A stretch of 64,000 nt of DNA, taken from assembly GCA_001929475.1 (NCBI GenBank), contig LXFE01000126.1, forward strand, positions 1-64,000, written 5' to 3'. This DNA is from Neolecta irregularis DAH-3 (taxonomy: Eukaryota). A program made the translations under genes and the position numbers. Position 1 is the stretch's first letter. Each line of letters opens with the position of its first letter. Positions 43,182 through 53,973 of the stretch are shown piece by piece. A model generated the notes under the pieces. It was not told the DNA's origin and ran no database searches. It saw only the letters and a program-made list of their open reading frames with translations.

Positions 43182-44114
43182 TCATTTGTACCGCCCGGTC
43201 AATCCGCTCCAGTACTCATGTCCAGCCATCAACCAGGATAGAGAGTCGACATATTTTCTTCCTTGTTCCGTACTTCGACCGCTGTCAATATACTGTTGCT
43301 TCAAACCCAAGTATCGCTCAAAATAGGTCGGAGCAATTTGCGCGAGCTTAATCCATGCTTCATGTCTGCTTAATCCTTCAATTCGGTGCAGGAATTCCAC
43401 AGAATTGGCGGACGCATAACCCTCGCGAAATTCTTTGCGATAACTGAAAATGTCATTGATCAAAATACACTCCGTTCCGACTGTGCTATCGATCTCTCGA
43501 ATATCATCATATTCGGCATCCTCGAGTTTGATATCCATGCCCATTCGAAGAATGGTCATGCTCCAATAATACCCACCATTCAATTGACGGTATTGTAAAT
43601 ACTTTTGAAATGATTCGACGTTGCCGGGGTTAGAACGAGTATTCTTGTACATGCCGATGAGATTGCGTTGCATAACTTCTACATGGTCTGGAGCAATAGT
43701 TTCGACTTTGCACCATATTTGTGCGCATTTTCGTTCAATGTCATTGATGGGTTCATGCTTTCTAAGAAATATGCCGAGAAATCGTGCCGCAATTTGAGAA
43801 CCGAGCTCGTCGTTTCCGCATTCATCAATATAGTCGTCAAGAAGGAAGAACAACGTGATCATGTCAGCTACAAGGCGAATGCGTTCGGAAAGAATATCTG
43901 GAAATGAACAGACAGTGCAATAACCGTATTTACTGTCGATAAATTTCTGCCGAGACTCTTTTGAAGGCCATGGCCATTCGTCGAGAAAGGCTTGGTCACT
44001 TTCCTCTTCAATTTCTTGACTTCTTTGATGAAAACGAACTTGATGACCGAAAATATTGACTTTAGGGAGATATCTGCTGGCACCTTGATCACCCATGGCG
44101 CAAACGGCTGACAT
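43182..44114 (-). CDS. Class I terpene synthase (aristolochene-synthase-like, probably a sesquiterpene cyclase), intronless
   Basis: DDxxD motif (LLDDYIDE), pyrophosphate-sensor region (YLQYRQLNGG), NSE motif (NDIFSYRKE) and C-terminal WxxxxxRY (WSGLTGRY). 310 aa in one ORF. Confidence 0.92.
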   Translation of the reverse strand: MSAVCAMGDQGASRYLPKVNIFGHQVRFHQRSQEIEEESDQAFLDEWPWPSKESRQKFIDSKYGYCTVCSFPDILSERIRLVADMITLFFLLDDYIDECGNDELGSQIAARFLGIFLRKHEPINDIERKCAQIWCKVETIAPDHVEVMQRNLIGMYKNTRSNPGNVESFQKYLQYRQLNGGYYWSMTILRMGMDIKLEDAEYDDIREIDSTVGTECILINDIFSYRKEFREGYASANSVEFLHRIEGLSRHEAWIKLAQIAPTYFERYLGLKQQYIDSGRSTEQGRKYVDSLSWLMAGHEYWSGLTGRYK

Positions 44115-44632
44115 GCGAAACTGCTTAGGAAAGATTCAACCAAGGGAAATTGTCTCCTTATGTTTACTTCTTATAGCATTCGCTTCTTCAAGTCCACAGC
44201 ATCTTACTGCAGCAAAAACTCATTTGTTTCCATCTATCGACCCCTAGAGGCACCGATATCACATTCCCTGATGTATCTCCTTGATCCAAGTCAGGTCTAG
44301 AACCCTGAGCCGCTAAACATGTGATAACCTTGGTTATATACGTCATTGAGTTTCGCAATGCAGTTCGGCGAACTTGCGTAGAGTTGAAAGCACATAGGCC
44401 GTAGTAAAGAACCTCTTGGAAGTTTGTGCCGGTATCCTTGGGATATCTTTCTCTGGCTATGTCTAGTGGGAATGCAAGACCGGCTTTGGGTGAAAGGGAA
44501 AACAACGGACATGAAATATCTTCAAGGCAATTCCAGTCCTATAATTATAGATTATGAGAGGGAAACACTGATTATAACGAGTTGAAAAAATGACCGTACC
44601 GCGGATACAAAACAGGAATGTGAGCAAAAGCA

Positions 44633-45353
44633 TTACTGCGGCTTTTGCTCCTGGATAGACTTGGGAGACTTTGGAGCGGGAATCTCGATATCAACCTGCT
44701 TCTCAGTGACTGATGAAAGCAATATCATACAGTCAAATAGGCCGTCCTTCTTAGACTGATTATCCTTAATCCCTTGGGATTGAACACTTCCTTGTTCTGG
44801 GTCTGGATGAAGCCTTCAAGTGCTTTCAGTTTCTAAGGACAAGGATTAGTATGTCCACTGCTGCAAAAGGACCTACGCTACGCAACCTTGAGGGCCAGAA
44901 CCATTCACTTGTAAATATAGTTAGAATAGCAGCTATATTCTCGGCGATGTTCCATGGACTGAACGGATTATGTGCCTCTTGCAAGATCCGGTTGATCGTT
45001 TCTACCAAATGCAGAAACTGTTCTTCTGTAATGTAGTGTGCCAGGTAGTTGGGAAACGTGGTCGAAAAGTGTGGGCATATATCACCGTGCAGGGTATATA
45101 CGCGTTCTATACGGACGACTTTTGTAGATCTCGCCGCTCCAGGGGCCACATGGGGATTGGGATGGAGGAGGACATCCGTGGGAAACACAGTGGAGGAATG
45201 GACTCGGAGGGTCTGTAATGGTGGAGGAGTCAGTTCAGTTACGGATGACAGTGTGGATGCTGTCTGAAAGGAACGAGTGGAGGTTTGTCTTTCAACAGTT
45301 GGGGAAGTGGGAGGGGAGACAGTAAGGGCAATGGAGGATTCGGCCAAAGCCAT
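44633..45353 (-). CDS. ERF4: Erf4/Golgin-A7 Ras palmitoyltransferase accessory subunit
   Basis: VVRIERVY...PHFSTTFP..L..YITEEQF..LVETINRIL. Spliced C-terminus ...NKEVFNPKGLRIISLRRTAYLTVDIEIP. Confidence 0.85.
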
Positions 45354-46483
45354 TGTCTGGTGGTCGAGTCCGGCTCGAAGGTGAGTCGGAAGGTGGAGAA
45401 GGATGCGTGTTGCTATTCCGAGTGTGCATTGCATTCATGACCAGGCCATCACCACCACTCTCACTCACCTCTATTCTGCTTCACCTTCCGTCCTTGTGAT
45501 GTGCCCCGATCTAACGCGGATCCAAATGATACGAGCAACATTTTTTGAAAGGGGTTTTCTTGTTTTACTTTCCGTGTCTAGACGATACTAGCGGGGTGGC
45601 TTCTTCTGTTTCTTACACTAGTCCTATAGCCACCTGCAGGACTGGTGGATATCTATCCAATCATTCCCCGTTTATTGAAAACTCGACAACTGCAGCCTGT
45701 GTACGACACACGATGTGAACAGTGGCTAGCAGGAAACCCGCTCTTATACAACAGGCCCATGCGGGACTTTTCCCACTGAACTAACCTCGAAACTGCTAGA
45801 ACACGAAAACGTAATGTCTCGACTTTGATGCAGGGGATCTTTATAGTTTGCAAAGAGATGAACATTTGTCGTACACAGGGTACTCCGCTGCCAAACAGTG
45901 CTACGCTCGAATATTCGTAATCATAATAAAGGACGGATGAGAAAGCTACCGAAAGTATCAGAGATACATCCTCTACAGTGACAGGTATAAAGAAATCGCT
46001 ATTCATGTAGTCCATTTAGTGATTCAGTGCTCGGAATGCGAAAGAGACGGCCATTGACCGAGGTGCAGATTACTCTGAGATAGAATATAAAGGGAATGAG
46101 GCAATAAATAGATAGCTATCGGAGATGTAATATTTGATGTTTTGAGTGGGTATGAGTGACCTTGTTGGAAGGTAATATGACATAGTTGCATCATTGCTCC
46201 TTTCACATCTGTTTTCAAATATAATCTCCAACTAGAGCAATGTATGTGTGGAATAAAAAGGAAATTAGGATACAAGTGAGAATGACCAATACTATACTAA
46301 ATTACGAGCGCAACAAAGCAAGGTAGTTCGCATTTACGGTAATTAGTTATAAATCCGCTGTAATTGACGAACCACCTGGGAAAAACTAGAGCACCACCAA
46401 CCCCGCTCAGATCACCTCGACCATCACCTCAGATTCTCTCCACACCTCAAACCGCCCGCCTTCAAATTCTGTGTAGTTTCAGT

Positions 46484-48444
46484 ATGGAAGCACTCGTAGC
46501 TCAAGGCGCCAACGTCTGTCCGTTTCTCAGGAACGCGACTCCTACGACTCTCCGAATCCTAGCTTCTCGTCCATCGGGAGTTCGAGGGTTCTCTGTTTTA
46601 CAACGCGAGGGATTACGATGTCCGGTTCTCGGCCGATCGATTAAATTGCAAATGATTCATCGCGGATATATTGCGCCGTGTATGACTGTCAAGATGAGAT
46701 CATCACCGCAATTCAACGCTGCGATGATCCAACGAGGATATGTCGCGCCGTGTATGAATGCCAAGATGAGATATTCACCACATATCAATGCCGCTGCTAC
46801 GAGTCTTGAAAGTGTTCATTTGAAGGCTAAAATCGATTCTTCTAGAGGAGGGGTATGTCCTCATATGGTTGCTGTGCAAAATGCGGGAAGGGCAGCTAGA
46901 CGTGGATCCCCGACTTTGTTTCCTGGTAGTATTTCTTGTCCGATCAATCAATCGGCGCAGTGTCCGGTCAATCGCTTGACGCCCATTAATCACTCGACGC
47001 AGTCGTCTCCATTTGATTATGATGGATTCTATCAATCTGAGCTGGATAAAAAACATCTAGATAAAAGCTACCGGTATTTCAACAACATCAACCGGGTACG
47101 TATTTCAAGTAGTCTTGTTAATTCTAGCTCGCCAAAGAATTTCCGAGGGCTCATACTAGAGATCCTTTGGAGCGGGTGGATGTATGGTCTGCCAATGACT
47201 ACCTCGGCATGTCTCGGCACCCCAAAGTCATTGAGGCGATTCACGCGACTGTGGATAAATACGGGGCGGGATCCGGGGGCACACGGAACATTTCTGGGAA
47301 TTTCCAGCTGGTGGAGCTTCTTGAGGCGTCTATTGCCCGCCTGCATCAGAAAGAAGCTGCGCTTGTGTTCTCGTCCTGTTATGTTGCGAACGACGCGACG
47401 CTCTCGACCCTTGGGGCCAAGATGCCTGGATGTGTGATCCTCAGCGACCAGCTGAACCACGCATCGATGATCCAGGGCATCCGGCACTCTGGGGCTGTGA
47501 AGATGGTGTTTCGCCACAACGATCTCTGCGACCTTGAGGCGAAGCTGCAGACTATTCCCGCGGGGACGCCCAAGATCATTGCGTTTGAGAGCGTGTACAG
47601 CATGTGCGGGAGTGTTTCAGACATCAACGCGGTGTGCGATCTTGCGGAAAAGTACGGGGCGCTCACGTTTCTGGACGAAGTGCACAGCGTTGGGCTGTAC
47701 AACTACGACGGCGCTGGAGTCGCCGCGCACCTGGACACGCTGAGCAAGCACAGCCGCCGCCGCCTGGAGGCGCCGCGCGGGTCTGCCGCTGCCCGGATCG
47801 ACATCGTCTCGGGCACGCTGGGCAAGGCGTATGGCAACGTGGGCGGCTATATCTGCGGCAGCGCGCGCCTCGTGGACTGCGTGCGGTCGCTGGCGCCTGG
47901 GTTCATCTTCACGACGTCGCTGCCGCCGCATGTGATGGCCGGAGCCCGCGCGGCGATCGAGCACCAGCGCACCACCGCGCACGACCGCATCCGCCAGCAG
48001 CTGAATGTCCGCCGCCTCAAGTCGCAGCTCGCGCGCCTCGATATCCCCGTCGTGCCAAACCCCAGCCACATTTTGCCGCTGCTGGTCGGCGACGCTGCTA
48101 CCGCAAAGGCCGCAAGCGACGACCTTTTGCACAGTCACGCCATATACGTCCAGGGCATCAACTACCCCACAGTCCCCGTCGGCCACGAGCGGCTGCGCAT
48201 CACACCCTCCCCGCATCACACTCCCGAAATCACAGACAAACTCGTCCATGCGCTGGATCTCGTCTGGAAAAAGTTCAACATCAGGCGATCCGCAGACTGG
48301 GCGGCAATCGGTGGTCGTGCAGGCGTCGGCCACGGCAGCAAGGAAATCGTCCCTCTCTGGACGGATGACATGTTGGGGATTAAAACTTGCAAGAGCGACA
48401 TCATTGACACACAGTTGCCCCTACACAGTTGGGTTAGTCTCTAG
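46484..48444 (+). CDS. HEM1: 5-aminolevulinate synthase, mitochondrial
   Basis: Motifs SYRYFNNINRLA (32-nt intron 47096-47127), NDYLGM, GAGSGGTRNISG, SSCYVAND, SDQLNHASMIQGI, DEVH, GTLGKAYG, PGFIFTTSLPP and INYPTVP..ERLRITP. Confidence 0.97.
46652..46795 (+). repeat. In-frame tandem duplication, 2 x 72 nt, in the HEM1 N-terminal extension
   Basis: MIHRGYIAPCMTVKMRSSPQFNAA / MIQRGYVAPCMNAKMRYSPHINAA; the nucleotide similarity is visible directly. Confidence 0.9.
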
Positions 48445-48605
48445 TTTGGACAACACTTGCTCCATAATTATTCCTCTCTATGCCTGCTACACTCAATTTG
48501 CCTTGAATAAGGAAAATTCCTCCAATTGGGATCAGCTTCCGTTAACTGACCTATCTCTCTGAAACAATGTAGGAATCTGCTTCTAACCCAACCTGTTTTT
48601 GTCTA
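48441..48605 (-). pseudogene. Heavily deleted relic of the COQ8 3' region
   Basis: Colinear blocks match 51805 (CTAG.TTGGACAAC), 51891-51945 (CCTCTCTA..CCTGCT.ACACTCAATT) and 52425-52497 (TCCAATT.GGATCAG, ATCTCTCTGAAAC..AATGTA.GAATCTGCTT). Confidence 0.75.
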
Positions 48606-48635
48606 GAATAAATGAAATATATTCGTTGAGAATAA

Positions 48636-49010
48636 ATTGAAGCTGCTATCGCCTGCAATCAGTAGTGTAAAAAGCATTACGCATGTTTCTCAGTTATCTT
48701 ATACAATGTCTGCGGTCAAGAATCATGTTTTTTCCAGACCAGAGATTTTGGAGGGGATTTTCCGTCCCGAAGGGATATCTTAATGTACTCGACCAGAAAC
48801 ATTCAAGAAGCAGATTTTGCTATTCCGGAATTCAAAAGGTTTATGGGCCGGGCTAAGCCCCCGGCTCATCCACAACACTGCTTACACTTTTACCATTGTG
48901 CACTCTGGTGCCATGGTATAATCTTGCAGACCGACCAGTGCAACCACAAATCAGAAGCGTATATATTTGATAACATATGATAGGTTAGTACTTAATTTCA
49001 ATCATCAGAC
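48636..49010 (+). pseudogene. Decayed paralog of the secreted-protein gene at 50118-51440
   Basis: Colinear blocks GAAGCTGCTATC, CAAGAATCAT...GACCAGAGATTTT, AAGGGATATCT..TAATGTACTC.ACCAGA.ACATT..GAAGCAGAT.TTGCTATTCC and TAATTTCAA.TCAT. Translates MYSTRNIQEADFAIPEFKRF versus MYSTRDIYEADLAIPEFRRF. Large deletions between blocks. Confidence 0.85.
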
Positions 49011-49539
49011 GTCAGATTAGTCAAACGAAATTTCCAAGGGGATCATACCTAGCTTTAGTAACGAGAGCTTAGCTAGGTATGGCCTGCAGTAACCTTTATT
49101 TACAGAAATGTTTTGAGACCCATCTGAGATAAAACACGCCACTGTTCCATGCCTCCAGTCACATTTGTAAGGACGTCTGGTTAATGTGTTAGGGTTAAGG
49201 GTCTAACCCTCAGTGAATTATGAACGCCTATACAAACTTTTTATTGCCCGCCTCCTCCAGCCCCTCCGCCATTTCATCTCCTCCAGCAGCTATCTATACC
49301 ATCCGCCAACCCACCCGGGACACCTGCGCCGGCATGATCCTCCTCTCAAAAGAGGCATTCCTTTCCTCAACCCCCGCCCATCTACCTACATCGCATTCCG
49401 TGCCCTCTCGATCCAAACTATGTTATGTCAAGTCGACAAACTCTACAGCCACAGTCTGCGTATTACACATACCTAAGAGCTGTTTCAGAGTGCGAAATCT
49501 AATAAAGCAGTAGACAAAGTAAGAGAAAAGGGAAAAGTG

Positions 49540-49779
49540 TGTAAACCATACGCCTAGAAGTACGATAAGACCAAGTGTTATAACTAGCCTAAGTATTCAT
49601 ACTTCCTACAAAGGGACATACCTAGCCTAAGTATTCATACTTCCTACAAAGGGATACACCTAGCCTAACGTCTTACAAAGGGACACACAGTAGGCTAGGA
49701 TTATCTAATCTGCCTTTATATACTTCCCGTCAAGTCACCTTGCCGTATTGGTAGGATACCCTTTGGGTATATCCTTACA
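49540..49779. mobile_element. Solo LTR, family A, with internal 38-bp tandem repeat
   Basis: TGTAA...CTTACA ends. Unit CTAGCCTAAGTATTCATACTTCCTACAAAGGGACATAC at 49584-49621 and 49622-49659 plus a partial third copy. Homologous to 154-370 and 25485-25606. TSD not intact. Confidence 0.8.
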
Positions 49780-50117
49780 GAATGTCGCGGCACATGTTAC
49801 AAATTATTTCTTCTTATGGTAAGCTGGCAGCCTTCAGTGTGACGTTTAACCTGATATATGTTCCATTCATTTCCACTGATATCCATTGTTTTCCCTGCCT
49901 CTTACAACCCTTATAAGAAGGACCGTGTTTTTTTCTATGTAGGCCAACTGTATAACGAATTTTCCTTTTGCCAGCTTCGACGTCTTCACCCCTGAAAGAT
50001 CATAGGAGCTCATGCCTCACCAATCGAAAATATTTTAAACCAAAATACGTAAATAAAATCCCTGCTGCAATCACTTTCAAGTAACTGCCCTTTGTTCTTC
50101 TGACTTTTGACCAAAAG

Positions 50118-51440
50118 ATGTTTACAAATCTATACATCGTTTTCTCATTCATGCTTACAGTCGTCGGAGCTTTGCATGAATGGTCCCAAATCGGAATAAA
50201 ACAAAATTACTACCAGTCGCCAGACTCGCGCGATGGACATAACGGACGTCTTTTCAATATAGCAACTGATACCCTTGAAGAAGCTGCTATCATCTGCCTG
50301 CACTTGTGCCAAAAGTATGGCTTCTTCGCAGTTGTCATAATTGGTATCGGCGACCAAGAATCATCATGCTTTTTCCCGGACCAGAGATTTTTGGGGTTTG
50401 AACAAGACGACTCCACCTTGGTCCCATTAGATATTCCACAGCGAGAACTACCGCAAGTATCAAGAATATCATTAGTCATTGGTGACTCAATTGCTTTATT
50501 CCCTCGTTGGAAGTCTACCATAACTAGATGCATCCAACGTAAAAATTACTACGCTTTCAAGTATATATCGCTATCTCTTAATATCGCTAACTGTTAAAGT
50601 AGGGTCATTCCTTCCTTCCCTACAAAGCACAACTTGCAAAACTTATCAAGTGTTCCATCGTCTGGCCTCAACTTTATTCGTGATATCGATAGTTTTCAAT
50701 CGCTAAACCAATGGAGGATCCAGTTTGATAGCTTGGCTGGCCTGGGACCAACAAATGTACAGAATGAGATAGTGTTGCGATGGCGAAGAGGAATAGAAAT
50801 GTCGATTTTTACTCCACCAACTCAAATATCATCTCATTGGGTTGGAAATGACGAATGGAAGAAACCTCAAATTATCAATATGATTAGTCACATACTCGAT
50901 AAGACACCGCTCGACGCCTCTATGGTTTACGCATATGCGAGCACCATGTTTAGGGATCTATACAGAGAGGTGGAAACACCGGAAGACACTTTCCTTCCTA
51001 TTGCTACTCGGCGCATTCAAAATGAAGGGTTCCAAGTGGTTCAGCTATCAGGCAACCATTGGCTCACTGTGAAGTGGATTAGCCATCCCCAAGGGATATC
51101 TACGTTAATGTACTCAACCAGAGACATTTATGAAGCAGATCTTGCTATTCCTGAGTTCAGACGGTTTATAAACCGAATTGAAAATGACTTGCAACCAAGA
51201 CAGCCTGTTGTGGTGTATCGTAACTGTCCCGAGAATGACGAGGCTTTTTGTGCGATATTTCTTACTGTCATTACGGCGCTTTCAATTCCACCTCTGGGAG
51301 TTTTCTATGAAGGTATTCCAGATGATTTTCGACTTTACATGGCATACAATTTGATGCAACAATTTGGATTCACTGGAGAGGAGGTTGATCAAAGGCACCA
51401 AGGAGAGTTTCGTTTGACTAATCTAATTTCAAATCATTGA
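50118..51440 (+). CDS. Predicted secreted protein (about 426 aa) with a C-terminal Ulp1/C48 (CE clan) protease-like domain
   Basis: Signal-peptide-like start MFTNLYIVFSFMLTVVGA. One intron 50561-50602 (GT...GCTAAC...AG) joins the two ORFs in frame. C-terminal FQVVQLSGNHWLTV...CPENDEAFCAIF...FRLYM. The gene is well supported; the domain call is inference. Confidence 0.75.
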
Positions 51441-51893
51441 AAGTAACAGTTGGAAAGTTAAGGCAGATAAAACTCGTGATTTTACAGGCGGGTCGATTTT
51501 ACGGGTGGGTCAGAACACAGGAGACTGAGGATGATTTAGGGGCACTCAACAACGCAGATGCCCAGTATATTGAAGTTGCTTGTTCTCTTATCTGAAGCAA
51601 AGTATCACCTGAGTCATTGTATACCACAGGAAACATTCCATATTCTTACCTTGCTCAAATGTCAGTTTGGTTCATTTCTTTTCTAGACATTCATATAGCA
51701 GATACTCCTGTGAGAAGTAATGCCAACAGGTTGAGATAAGTGTCCCTACCGTCTGAGTACGGTCTTCTATAATAGAAAGTACCCCTCTCAGGTATACCCA
51801 CTGACTAGGTTGGACAACTATTTGTTTCGCCCTGAAATTCTGAATCTGACCATACTTCTTTCATTGGAATCTGTACAATGGCGTTTTTCTAAA

Positions 51894-53973
51894 TTATTCG
51901 ACTTCATTATTCATCGCCTCTCTAAATACCTGCTTACACTCAATTCTGGCCCTTAATTTTGCGCACAACAGAAATGCCCCGCTTAGTTTTCTATGTAGTG
52001 AATATGTCTCTTCAGGAGGAGGCATAAGCCTTTCTTTGATCATCACCGGAATATAGCCCTTTATTCGATCTGTTATAGTTTGATTCGCAAAGTCATAAAC
52101 GTCGGGTGCAGATGAGCTATACGGTTCCCCAAGCGTTATTATAGAGTCGATATGCGAATTCAACATCGCCTTGGGCGTCAATCTCTACTTTTACCAAAAA
52201 CTTACCTCGGACTCGAAACCAGTTAAATATCCCAACTTTATTGAAAGATCTCTGCAACTCTCTCGATCGCCTTTTGCCGCAGCTTTCAAAATTTCGATAT
52301 AATTTGTGATAAAATCTTCGGGAAAAGACCTGCATGCCCCAAAATCTAGCAGTTCAATCTGATTCTCATTAACAGTTTACCAGATGATCATACTTGATGC
52401 GTGCTCGGGTTATAAAGAAAGTTCGTCCAATTAGGATCAGTTTGCATATATCTGAACTGAGCAATCTCTCTGAAACACAATGTAAGAATCTGCTTGCCAA
52501 TCTGATTGTTAGCCTTGGATAAACTCAGGGTAAACCCAATCTCTTGTTTCTTGACAATGATCCAATGTATATTTCAACCCTTGTCCGTACATTCGTTCCA
52601 TAGTAAGAACCTGTGGACCGCACCCCTCATCAATTATCTTCGGCACTCCAAATGTAGAATCGTGTTCAAAGAATTTGGCATATTTCTTTGCACAGTCCGC
52701 TTCTCTTAAATAATCGCATTCCCAACTTAGTTCCTTCCTCGCTGTTTCAATGGACCGATCGAGATACAGTCCCGGAGGCAATAATCGAGAAACACTCAAC
52801 AACAACGATAAATTATTCAAATCTGAATCAATGGATGATGATACACCAGGATACTGAATCTTTACAGCAACTGGCATTTTGTTTGACGCGAGTACGCCAA
52901 AGTGGACTTGACCTATCGATGCAGCTGCTACGGGAACTTCGTTGAATTCGGAATATATTGATCGCCAATTTGACCCAAGGTTTTGCGTCATCACAGACTC
53001 CATTTGATATTGTGGCATGTAATCTGCACTATCCTGAACACGAAGCAAAACTTCCTGAAGAGCAGCAGGAATAATCTTTGAATCTAACATTAAAATAACT
53101 CTTTTGGTCTAACGGAATACCTTGAAAACTAATCATTTGGCCCAATTTCAAAGCTGCTCCACGCATTTTTGAAAGCTTTTTCACAAGTCGATTCATATTT
53201 GTCGAGGAAAGTATTAACGAACCTGCTGAATCTGTGGAACCAGTTACTCTACGTAGACTTTCGTTGATTGCCCCGAATCCGATTCCGGCGGCTAGACTTC
53301 CGTAGTGAAGAAGGCGAGTTATTCGTGATGACGGGACTCGAGATGATGACATTTGAAAAGAATTCTGTATATTAACTTGAACCTAGTGATTTCTTACGTC
53401 GTCTAGACTTTGATCACTCTGATCGGGTTGAAAAACTTTGGAATCAGATTCTAAAGAGTATCCATCTGCCGTATAATACAGCCCAGAATCAATGTTGTCG
53501 GTCAAGGATGATTTATCAGTGGTAGGTGTAGCACCGTTGATTTTTATTGCTGCCGGATCCGTTTCGATAATGGATGCGTTACGGGTATTATGAAATACGG
53601 TATCGATATCTGGTCCTTGCTTGCTAGGTGCATCGGCGATATACTGTTGAATTACATTCACAGCTTGATCTTTTCGTAAATCATTATCGATCTCGTTTTT
53701 CCTCGGTCGAGAATTGTGCGCGGCATCGAAATTCCGAGTCGAGAGCAATGGCTCTCGAGATAACGATACTTGCCCCGAAACCCCAGGCTCTGTTTTCAAG
53801 CTTGTTTCTTGGTTAGGTTCCATATATTGCGGAGACTGCCATAATTTGATGATGCTAGAGGTCTTCGCCAATTTTTGGAGATGATGTATTTGAAAATGGA
53901 TACTAGTCCTACTGACTAGGCAAATTGCTCTTGATAGTACATATAAATCATGCAGTCCTCGACGTGAGACCAT
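51894..53973 (-). CDS. COQ8: Atypical kinase Coq8/Abc1 (ubiquinone biosynthesis)
   Basis: Motifs [48 protein letters not shown] and [15 protein letters not shown]. Confidence 0.95.

Noticed and set aside
45653..46275. 120-aa and 83-aa minus-strand ORFs between ERF4 and HEM1
   Set aside because: No motifs or convincing splice structure; treated as promoter DNA.
41093..48444. Possible terpene biosynthetic gene cluster
   Set aside because: The neighbours (MID1, ERF4, HEM1) are housekeeping genes; no P450, prenyltransferase, transporter or cluster regulator is present.
47068..48562. Several long alternative-frame and antisense ORFs over HEM1 (254, 238, 185 and 149 aa)
   Set aside because: Shadow ORFs caused by stop-codon scarcity in the GC-rich segment; the conserved ALAS frame explains the sequence.
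49584..49690. Short direct repeats superficially like a CRISPR array
   Set aside because: Head-to-tail units without unique spacers, inside an LTR of a eukaryotic genome, with no cas genes.
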